Virus record (IMG/VR): IMGVR_UViG_3300027763_000039
Coordinates: 32,001 to 96,000 of that record
Reading direction: 5' to 3' (one strand)
DNA length: 64,000 nt
From: a virus
Position numbers and translations under genes: made by a program
The notes under the pieces: generated by a model
Told to the model about the DNA's origin: nothing
Database searches by the model: none
What the model saw: only the letters and a program-made list of their open reading frames with translations
Part shown: piece after piece, positions 30,844 to 42,800 of the stretch
How positions within the stretch are numbered: position 1 is the stretch's first letter
Layout: each line of letters begins with the position of its first letter

Positions 30844-33800
30844 TTATACTTGGAGTACTCCTTCTGTTTTCATTGCTAGTTTGTTCATGGCTCCGTTAAC
30901 TTGATCTAGGATCATTCTCTGAATAGGTTCTTGCATATTAGCAAATACTGATGCTCCATTAATAACAACTTCTACTCTGTGTGTACCTTGTAGATTAACT
31001 TGTTCTGGTATTTTAATCTGTTCAAGTTGACCAATAAATCTATTGAAAGTGCTGGTAAACTGGCTTAATCCGTCTAATTGACCTCTGCTATTATTATTTA
31101 CACCACCACCGACTGGAGTTGCCCCCATGCTTTGAATCATGTTTTCTAAAGCCATACCAAATTGGGTTAATACTTGATTACTTCCAGTTAATAAAGTTCC
31201 AAATATCGCTAATTGTTTATCAACATCTCCAGCATGTTGAGGATCAAAAGCTGCTTGAGCAGCCATATTTACTCTTTGGCTCATTTGGGGATTCATCTGT
31301 TGATTACCCTGAGTAAACATTGCCTGATTTTGTTGTTGGTTCTGTTGGTTTGTCTGATTCCCTTGAGGAGGAGCTTGTTGAATCTGTCTTGGTATTCCTC
31401 TATATTTATATTCTTCAGCTTTATTTATTTGTGCTTCTTTTACTCTCTCGCCCAATGCTTTTCTTTCAGCTTCTATACTATCTCTAGTCTGTTTTCTCTC
31501 TGCTTCTATTGCTGCTAGTCTTAGTTGATCTAATTGTCTTCTTTCATCTCTGTCTTGTGTATATTTTCGTTTTTTAGGAGTTTCTCCACCTGACTCTAAG
31601 TATACTACTCCACCACTAGAAAATCCTTGGGCTCCACTATTAATACTCTTTAACAGAGGTAGATTTTGCTGAGTGGCCTGACGATTAACAACAAACTCTC
31701 CTGGGGTCAACATTGCTGGTACAGTGTCTGTGCCTCTTGGCTGATAAGGAATCAACATTCCATTATTAGCATAAACCACCCCACCTCTAGCCTTAGCTAA
31801 TACATCAATATTACTAGGAGCTAAATTGTCTGAACCAATATATTTAATAGCTGATCCAGGTGGCATAGTTTCAAAAAATCCTTCTCTAAATTTTTGAAGC
31901 ATCTCTGGATTTCTTTTTCCTATAAACTTCATAATTTGGGATAGAACTTCACCATCTCTTGTTACTGCATCTGTACTATCATATATTGCTCGTCTGCTTG
32001 GTAGTCTAGTCTGCTGTTGCATTAGCCAACTATCTGCAAGACCTCCCCCTCCACTATTTGGACTAGCAAATGTTTGTGTTTGAATACCTCTTAAGGTTTT
32101 ACCAGATGGATCTTGTAATTCTAGTTTCTTTAATAACGGGGAATATTTCATATCAGATAATACTGATTGTACTTGGTCAAAATTATCATGTAACCAACGA
32201 GCCACATAAGATTTATTTAGCTCATAATCAAGATCAAATCTTGATGGGTCTAATGTTTCATCAAATTTAACAATCATGGGTTTACCACGAGTATCTGCTC
32301 CTGTAAGTGTTCCTTGCATAATAGATCTGGCGTGTTTTTCAGCTGCTTCCCTACTAGTGTAGGTGTACAAGCCTTGACCTTGTCCGTACCCCTTTGCAAT
32401 ACTACTTTTACCACCTTCTTTTTGAAAACTTTTTAAAATAGAGTCTTCTAAGCCAGTATTACTAGCATGAAAAAGAGGTACAGTTTTAGAAGCTTTGGGC
32501 ACATCTAATGGCGCACTAGATTTAGTAATAGGAGTTTTTGCTCCTCTGATACTTTGTCTTGAACCAGCGTTGGTTGTTGTAGCACCTCCAGCCACAGCTG
32601 CTTCAGCAATATCAGTAAACATATTCCAAGCTGCACCAGCTCTTTCTAAAAAAGAAGCTCCTAATAATCCTGGTCCTGCTGGTGGACCATAAGCACTAAT
32701 TTCTCCTGTTGGAGTATGCCACTGTCTCCCACTATTATCTGTAGTTATTTTTGCTCGTTGTGTTTGTAATTTTGCCTGTTGATTAGCAAAGTCTAATTCT
32801 CCTTGGGTTGGAGTCATTTCTGGCATATAGTTCTGATTTTGTTGACCTAGTCTTGGATCCATTAATCGTGATCCTGGAACCAACACACCATTTTGAGCAT
32901 AAACTATGCCACCCTGAGATTTAAATTGACCAAATGCTTTTGCTTTAGAGGATGGTATTGGTGTGACAGGTGTTGGGCTTACGGGCTTAACTAAATCGCC
33001 ATAGCCTTGTTGCTCAATTTCATATGAGGTTGTTGGTCTTCTAATATAGTCTTCACCAACACCAGACTCAACTCTAGTAGTATCTGTTATAAGACTTGGT
33101 TTCTTAGTATAACCATTTTCTCCAGCACTAATATCAGGATGTTTTTCTAATTTTTTCCATAATTTTTTAGCATCTGGAGTTTGACTATCGTCAGGTATTA
33201 CAGAACCACCTATTTTAGTGATATACTCTATAATAGCATGATATAAACTTTCTCCATATCCTTTTTTGGCTAATGATGTTTCTATTTTAAATGTTTTTTG
33301 ATTATCTATCGGTTTTGCAGAAACTCTTCCCCATCCTTGGTTAGCGGATCCAGTTTTTGGATCTTCATAAAAAGCAATTATCTCTCTTGCATCTTCTCCA
33401 AATACTTCTGAATTAAACTTGTCTGCATTTGTATTATCGTATGGACTTAGAATGCGAATTTTATTACTTGCTGGAGCTCCAGGAACATCTGGAGTTTGTG
33501 GTTTATTTTGTTGAGCAAGGAGAGACTGTTGGAGCTTGATCATAACTTTTTGTTTAGCATCTTCTAATACTCCACGAGCTGTTTCTATTAAGAATCCACC
33601 TCTAGATTGTGCTAGTTTTGGATCAGTATCTGCTTGAGTTAAATTAAAATTAGTATGTCTAGACAAAAATTCAGCAGCAGCAGACTCGCTTTCAGGTTGA
33701 TAGAAATTACCAGTTCCTTCGACTTTAGCACCATATGTGCCTCCAACTTTTTGTTCAGCAGTACCAATTAAACCTCTATCTTTGTATCGGGAGGCATTCA

Positions 33801-36800
33801 TTTCATCTACTGGTCCAAGATTAACACGTTCAAATTTACCCATTTCTGAACGAAAATTACTTAATAGTACTTCTTTTAATGCTGTTTGTATATTTTCTCT
33901 ACCAATAGTATCTCTAACCCCCATACGACCAACAGGCTGTTGCGCAACACCAGGGGCTTTTGCTCCTATTCCGGTAATGCCAATCTCTTGATCTCCAAAC
34001 AATAAATTAGTACGATTAAATGTTTTTGGTAATTCACCAGATGTTCCAGTTAGTTGATATAATGTTTCAACTAAACTATCAAAAACTGGTTGAGGATATT
34101 GAATAAGTCTCTGTATCGAATCAATATCAAAATCTTTTGTTTCAATAAATTTAGAAAAAGTTGGTTTAGCTTGAGGTTTTATAAAAGAGCTTGCACCTGT
34201 TATTTTATTAGTATCAACTGTTCTGTTGGAAGCAAAGTCATATTCTGATGAATTCTTAGCCGAAGTATATGCTGCATCTAATGTTTGTTGATGACTTCGT
34301 ACTCTGTAGCTAGCAATTTCATCTGCTCTTTCTTCTAAGCTTCTATAGACAGGTAAACCCTGCTGGTTTCTTGATTTAGTATCTGGTCTAAGAGTACCCT
34401 CTTTTTCTTGTTTTTGATATTCTGCAAGTTGTTCTTTGGCCCATTGAGTTTTTAGTTTCTCTAATCTTTTGAATTCAATATCTCTAGCATCTTTTAGAGA
34501 TTTTTGATATTCTGCCAATGTTCGACTTTGAGACATAGTTTTACTTGGATCAAATACTTGCGCCGTAGCTTGTGTGTCAGTTGAGGTAAGACCAGTTCCT
34601 TTTACTCCTCCAGCTTTTGGATTAGCAGCGCCGCGAGTGCCCAAATCTTCAAAACCCAAAGGAGCTCTTTCTGGTCGTGGGGCTGGTAATACTACTGGTT
34701 GTTTAAGCAGAGGGGTTTTTGCTCTTGGTACTCTTGTTTGTGGTGATGGTTTAGGTCCTGCTCCGGGTAAACCAAAAAGAAAACTTCCTACAATATCACT
34801 AAACATATTCATTCTCTCATGGAATGGAGCACCCAATGGCCCTGGTCCTGGTGGTGGTCCATAAGCACTTATAACACCTTCTGGAGCATTCCAATCAAAT
34901 CCTTCAGCATCTCTATTTGCTACATGAGCTTGTTGTTGTCTACGTGCCCAATCTAATTCTCCTTGAGTTGGAGTCATTTCCGGCATATCACTCTGATTTT
35001 GTTGGCCCAATCTTGGATCCATTATTCTTGGAACTAGCGTACCTTCATGAGCATAAATTATCCCACCCTTAGAATATGTGGTAGCATTCGCATCTTCTGG
35101 ATCAAAATCTTTAATCATCTTTTCAAGTCTATCACCCTTGACTCCCGGATAATTTTCTTTCATCCAAGTTCTAAAATTAACTGCTGGTGAACCACCAACA
35201 GCATCGGAATAATTACCATATTCATTCCAATACTGCCGGGAATTTCTCAACTGAGAGGATTCCTCAGGGTTACCCCAATTTTTTAAAATACTTGCTATTC
35301 TGGCTTCCTGTCTTGCTTTCTCTATTTGTTCTGGTGTTAGTTTAGCTTTATTACTCTGTTTGTCTTTTCTTTTGATACCTGCCACTTGTTTTCTTCTTAA
35401 CTTCTCATTTTCATAGTCTGCTTTTCTTTGTGCTCTTATATCTTCTAAACTAGGTTTATTTATTTGTCTACCATCTTGAGCATAAACAACTCCACCATTA
35501 GAATAAAGTTCAGCCATTCTCATGGCCATCATAGTTTCATATTTATCCTTAAACATAGTATAAAAATCTAAATCTTCTGTTGCAAATCCAGAATCTTCTG
35601 ATCTATTTAATGAATTACGATTAGCTAAGAAATAGTGATATGCCTGTTCAACAGTTTTATATGGCACTGGTTTATTTGCAGACACTAGTGCTTGTTGATG
35701 TCTTTTCATTATTTGTCTAACCGCTCCAAGCCTAGCATCAATTTCAAATGGCCTAGTTAAATATTCTGCTCTAGACATGCTTATAGGATTGTTTGGATAC
35801 TTTGCATTATAAACTTGAACAGCCCAATCTAGATCTTCGTTTGTCATAAAAGTTTCAGATCGTTGCGATTCATCAGTACTTCCAAAAGCAGCATGTCTCA
35901 TCTCGTGCATTAATAGTCCGTATGAGCCCTTTTTAGGATCAACATGAATTACTTCTTGTCCTTCTTTTCCCATTAAAGATCCACTAAATCTGGTGTCAAA
36001 AGGAGGCTGATAGTGAGTGCGTATTTTAGTATCTAATTTATGTCTTTCAACATAAGGAAAAGCTCTTCGATATTGTAAATGATCTAATTTCCCTAATGGT
36101 TGACTTTTAAGTTCTTCATCGTTGCTTATGGCAGCATTATATCCTTCTGCAACTGCTTTGTCTAATTCTGCTTTTGATCCGTAAGCTGGTGTTCTAGGAC
36201 TAAATTTTGCTGGTAGTCCTTTGCCAAGAGCAACGTCTTCAAAAGATAAGTCTTGGGAAGGTATATGCTTGCCTTTTTCAGCATAAATTACACCTCCTTT
36301 GTCTTTATTAATAGCTTGTAATAATGGTAAATTTTGACTAGTTGCCTTAGCATTAACAACAAACTCACCAGGAGTTAGCATTGCTGGTACAGTATCCGTG
36401 CCTTTGGGCTGATAATTTATTAATTTACCAGCTGATGCATATACTATACCACCCTTACTAAATTGAGCACCTGCGCCACCCGGATTAACCGGAAGATTAC
36501 CTGCACCGGGAGGAGCACCGGGAAGAGGAGGACCATTTTGAGCACCAGCAGGAGGAGCAGGGGGTATCATAGGTGGAGCAGCTGCTAGAAGCAGCAATCT
36601 ATCTAATTTAGCATCCATTCTGTTAGATAATGCAAAATGAGCAGTGGATAGTTCATAATGGGTTGAGTCTCTATCCATCATGTATCCTAGACTATCAGAA
36701 GTCTGTGATAAATTTGTTTTATTCTGTTTCTTCAAATCATCAGTGTTTTTGAGTAATCTTTGCTCGGTAACATCTACCTTATCAAATCTAGTTAAATTAT

Positions 36801-39800
36801 TTCTATTGATAGTATCGGTATTATTAACTAGTTTGGGTAGTTGTTGATCTTTGGTATTTTTAGTAGTATCAGAAATCTTTGTTGATAGTCCTAGATTATT
36901 TTTAGCATTATTAGCAATTTCTTGTTGTAGTCTTGAGTTTAATTCTTTATCACGAATTTGTGATGACTGTTGTGTAGAGTCTAATGTTTTAGTTTCTCCC
37001 CCAACTGATCTATAAATTACTCCACCCTTGCTCTTATTAATAGCTTGTAATAAAGGAAGATGTTGACTGGTGGCTTTAGCATTAACAACAAATTCGCCCG
37101 GAGTTAACATTGCGGGAACGGTATCAGTTCCTCGTGGTTGATAATCTACTAATGTTCCATCTGCCGCATAAATCATTCCACCATTACTACTTCCTTGAGC
37201 TACTCTGAACGCAGGATTACCAGCAGCAACTCTAGGATATAGTAATCCAACAGTATTGTTAATATTGAAAGCTGATAATCTAGCAGCATTAGCAGCATCA
37301 GTATCTTCTGGATTAATATAACCCATTTTCGTTAATTGTTTGCTAATATTATTCTTTAGCATGGCCTGTTGACCAGGATTCATGCCTTGACCTCTTGCTG
37401 CCATTCTATCAATGCTACTAAAGTTTCTTAATAACTTAGCAAAAGTTTTTCCTTGAGCTTTCTCTAGTCTTTTTCTCTCAGCCATAGTAGCCACATCCGC
37501 ACCATAATCACCAGACTTATTATAGATACGAAATGCTACTTGCTCAATTTGATCTTGACTCATTCTTAATATGGCAATATCTCTATCACTATATTTATAG
37601 TTACCACCAACCGTTTGCTGACTCATTGTTTGAATAAGTGCTTCAGCTTGTTCTGGTGTGAATGGACGGAAAAGATCTTTAGCAGCATCTGCTGATAAGC
37701 CGTACTTTGTTAAGAGTTTTTCGTCTAGTCTGGGACTTCCACTTAGATTAAACTTTCCTCTAAGTTTAGATAAGGCTTGTTCTCTCCAGCCCATAAAAGC
37801 TTCTGGACTACGGAATTTATCTGGAGCACCCATACCAACAGCTTTACCTACCGCTAATTCCAAGTTAAATCGTCTAGAATTAGCTCTATTAGATGCTAAA
37901 ATTTGTGCTCTATTAGCTTCTCTTTCTTGTTTTTTCTCATAGTTTTTCCATAGTCTATCTTGTTCAGCTAGTGGGATATCAACAAAAGCTTTATTATTTA
38001 ATGATACAATTTGTCTATTTTTATCTTCAAGTTGTTGTAATAGCTTTTCTTTATCTCTCTTCTGTTCCTTGCTCATATCCTTAGGGTCTTTATACTTATA
38101 TCTATCTATTTCTGCTTCTATTTCTTGTTTTTCTTTATTTAATTTATCTGTCTGTTTATAAACATCAACTGTGTCTCCATCAAAAGCGACCTTTGCAGCC
38201 CCTGGTGGTAATGCTGGACGATCAACCCATCGATCAGCCTGACTTTCATTTGCTGCTCGTCTTCTGTTAATATTTTCCTGATTATTTCTATTAATAGTTT
38301 GAAAACCTGATACAGCAGCATTTGCAACTGATGATACATAAGGAACTGCTGTCTGTACTGCTCTATTAGCTGTAGCTCTAACTTGTGTTGCTCTAGTTTG
38401 TCTTCTTTCTTCTTGTCTTTGTCTTTCAACCTTTTTAGCTTTTTCTGCTCTTTTTTGCTCTGCGGCTAGTTCTGATTTTCTTTCTTGCTCATCTAAATAT
38501 TGTACATGAGCTTCTGTGGCGGCATCTAGGCGAGCACTACTAGCTCCTGTTCCTCTATTTTTATCTTGTTTAGTGTCCCAAAATATGCCAGGAACAGTAT
38601 CCATTGTATTAAAAGAATCATCAATAAGTCTTATTTGTTCATCATAAAAATTTTGGTTTGAACTAGTGCCCTGAGAATTTCCTCGGGCTGCTTGATCTTT
38701 TTTCTTTAATCTTAATAGTTCTGCTTTTCTTTCTACAGCGCTTCTTTGAAATGCATTTAAGTCAAAACCACCAAGATGATCATTGGGTCTTCTGGGTCTT
38801 CTGCTAGCTTGTAAGTTTCTATTTGTTCTTATTTCACTGGTAGTTGCATCATTAGCATCTGCTAAATAACCAGCTGTTTCTTGAATATTCATAGCTAATG
38901 CAGCTGTAATTGGAGCGAATTGTGCTGGGACACCCATAGTAGCGTGTTCAACTGAAGTTAATCCTAATTGACTGAAATTACCCAATTGTCTATCTAACAT
39001 AGTTCCTTGTTCAACACCCGTAGCCCATCCTATCATAGAATGAGCTCCAACATCACCCATGGTCTCTCCCGTGCCTGTTAACATTCCTAGTCCAGTATTA
39101 ACTAATCTATTTCTATTTGTGAGTCTAGGATCAGCCATTGCTCCACTAACAGCGCCAAAAATTGATCCAAAAAATCGACCAGCAATAGGAGCGGCAGCTC
39201 TGGCAATACCTGGAGCTTGACTAGCTCCATAACTCAAAGCTGCTCCGGGATTTCTAATAACAGATCTAGCTCCTTGATAAGCACTGCCTAACATATTTCC
39301 AGTTCTATTTAGTAATGAAGCTGGTGGTTTTGGTTTTACCGGTTGTATTCCTAACCATCTTTCTAAACCATTTGGATTTACATTTCTGGGTCTTCTTATC
39401 TCTGGGATATCGTTATCACCTAAGTCTAGTCCTGCTAATTTGACTTCAGTTATTTGTTGTATGTAGGGTTTAAAAATTGGATCATTAATACCTAATCTAG
39501 AAGCTCGCACAGCTGCATTCCATTCTCTCCTTACCCTAGCTCCAGTCATAGCTGGATCACCCTGTCTAGCTAATAAAAATTTAAATAAAGGATCACGAGG
39601 ACTAAGATTACTAGGTACTCTATATCTATTTCCTCTTGCTATGATATTTAATGCATCACCAGCATCATCACTGCCAGATATCATATTAGCAACTAGCGGA
39701 TCTATTACATTTGCTATCTGCACAGGGTTGGTTGATCCACCAGCTAAATAAACCACCCCACCCTTAGCATATTTACCAGAATTAATACTCTTTAAAAGAG

Positions 39801-42800
39801 GCAAATTATTTTGTGTAGCTGATCTATTAACTACAAATTCACCAGGAGTTAACATGGCAGGAACAGTGTCAGTTCCTCTTGGCTCATAATTAACTAAAGT
39901 TCCACTAGCAGCATAAACTGGACCACCTTGTGCTCTAGTCATAACATTGCCCGGTCTGGCTAATCCTAATCCTTCATTACGACCTTGAGCATTATTAAAA
40001 GCATTGGTCAAATTAGTTAAAGCTGTTATTAAAGCTGTATTAGCAGTATTGAGTATTTGAGCTTGTTTTTCTAATAGTGGGTTAATAGCCTTTTGAGTAG
40101 CTTCGCCCAAAGCTGCCTGTTGTTGTTTATATAGATTCTCTAGTGCTTTAATTTGTGGATCTTCTTTTGGGGCAGCTCTCAGGTTGGCAACAATTTCTCT
40201 TAAGAAAGGATTATTTTGAACATTAAGACCTTGGTTTCTGGCTGTGTTCTCAATCAAATCAGCTCTTAGATTTCCGGCTCTTTGAGGATCAGTATTATCT
40301 AATCCAGAAACAGTAATAAGCTCATTAAATAAACCAAAAGTATTCTTGGCATCACTAGCAAAAGCTTCTTGAGCAGCACCGACCGCATCCATGTGGGTGC
40401 CGCCATCCTCAATAACTTTTTGGTAAGCTTGTTGAGCAGAGATGGACTGGTTGATGGTGGTGATTTGACCGTTTAATGTTCTATTAAGAAGATCATAGGT
40501 GGAATTGAGATTTTTTAATTCTGTGGGGGTGCTTGTTACTAATTTTTCTCCAAAAGAAGCTCCGGCCTGAGTTTTACTTTCTTTCTCTGATCTTAGCTGA
40601 CTAATTTTACTAAGAGTGTCTTGCATATCTTGTTTGATAAGATCTGGTAGGGTTTCTAAACCTTTTTCAGTAGCGGCGATTTGTCTATTTAGATTAGCAA
40701 GAGCTTCTTTTTGCTTGTTGATAAGAGATATAACAGCAGGATCTGCTGCATTACCTGAATTTTCTAGTTTACTAATATTACCTTGAACAGCAGCCTGCTG
40801 ACCCATCAACATTGTTCTTTGGTTGGTCAAATTAGCTGCTGTTAAAGAGCCGGGTTTAATACCAGCGTTTATTGCTGCTTCAGTATATCTGCCTGATGCT
40901 CTTTCTTTAAGAGAAATTCTTCGTCCTTCTCCTAGAGCTTCTTTGAGTGATACAGTACTGTCTGAGAGATATCCTTGTAAACTAGCAAATTTACCAATAG
41001 CTTGAGTTTGAAGTTCAGCTGCTTTTTGTACAGCTTCTCCATATTGATTTAATCCTTTTTCTATAAATTCATACTGACCCAACATTGTATTGAAGGATTT
41101 TTTCTGAGAGTCAATTAATTGTTTTAGTCCACCAGTGCTCTCTATTAAGGACTGAGGATCTAATACTCCGTCATTCTGTTTGATATTATCTTTAACAGCG
41201 CCTTTTAATTGTTCACGAATAGCATCAGAGATTCTATTATCTCCAAAAGTATCTATAAGTTGTTGAGTTAATTCTCTGGTAATATCATCTCCTAAAGTTT
41301 CACTACTACCATTACCGCTCTGTTGTGCTTTAACAGCAATTTTTGTAATAGTATCTTCAGCAGAAGACCCGAACTTGGATAATCCTTCAACAAATTTCTT
41401 ATCTGTACCAAACATTCCACTAACTTGACTAATTGCTGTTTGACGTTCTTTTTGTGAATAAGCATTAGGATTCTTTAATACGTCTTTAGACTTAAATTCT
41501 GTTTTTAGCGAAGCTTGACCACTTGCTATCTCATCAATTCTTTGACTGGCTTTGTCTAATCCCATAGTGGCTGCTGCAATAGCCTGATCCATGTTTTCAA
41601 AGGTTTTAGATATACTAACTGATGCAAGATTTAAAGTTCTTGCAGATTGTTGTAGAGCTTGCACCCTGGATCTTTCTGCTACAGTAGCTTGTAGTGTTGC
41701 TGTTTCTTCTTTAAAGTAAACATCTATTAACTCTTTTTGTCTCTTTTCAACATCTGCTATAATTTGTGGATCTTGTCCTGGAGTTTTCTTAATATTCTCT
41801 AATTTTTTATTTTCCAGATTAAACTTTTCATTAGTTTGAGCAATATTTAATTTTGCTAAGTCTTTATCTCCACCAAAAGAGGATAAGGCTTCCTGAATAT
41901 TTGATCCACCCTCAACCTTAGCTGTAATTGTCTTAAGAGCTATCTCTCCAGCAACTTTTTGGTTAGCAGTTTCTTCTTCAGCAATTTGCTTATCTGTTGG
42001 TTTCGCAGCTTTATACATACCGAAAGAAGCAGCTTCTAAACCACGAGTTAAATAACTGGGCTGTCGTAATTCTGCTTGTTTTGCTGATATTTTTTCTTCT
42101 TCAGCAGCAATGCTTTTAAAATTTTGAATAATTGATGATGTAATAGCGGCATCTTTTGGATTTTTATTAAGTTTTTCTAATTGAGCTTCCGCATTTGTAG
42201 CACTACCTTCTATTTTCTTTTTACTAACATCTATATCAGCTTCTGCCACTGCTTTGCCAAAGCTATCTACAGCTAATACCGCACCAGCTACTGCTCCAGC
42301 AAGTGCTCCCCAAGGACCAAATTGTGCCCCAACAGATACGGCCCCACCAAATGCTGTGCCAGCAGCAGCAACTCCTCTACCATTGCTTCCACCAACCATT
42401 GAGCCTACCGCTTCTGCTGCCATAGGAGCAGCAAATGCTAGAGCTAAACCACCATTCATATATCTAGCTCTTCTATCTCTTTTAGCTTCATATTGTGCTC
42501 TTTGAGAGTCAGACATGTTACCAATTTCTTCATCTGATGGTCCCATTATTCGACTTCTAATTGAACCCAATCCTCTAGATGCTCCTTGAAACGCTTTGGA
42601 AAGTGTAGGAAAGCTTTGTGCTAATCTGCTCTGAGATTGAGTATTTGTTTGAACAGCTTTATACAAACCTCCCCACGCATCTGCCACCTTTCTTTCTGCG
42701 GCGGCCTTGGCCATAGAAACACTAACGCTACTATCTGTTGCTCTAATTTGTCTAGTAAGAGATGCTACTTGTTTACGTTGAGCATCTGCTACGGCCTTGG

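Noticed and set aside
30831-30844. Immunity gene downstream of the toxin-like TMP domains
   Set aside because: Only 12 nt separate the TMP from the next fibre gene; no small immunity-like ORF, so a classical toxin-immunity pair is unsupported
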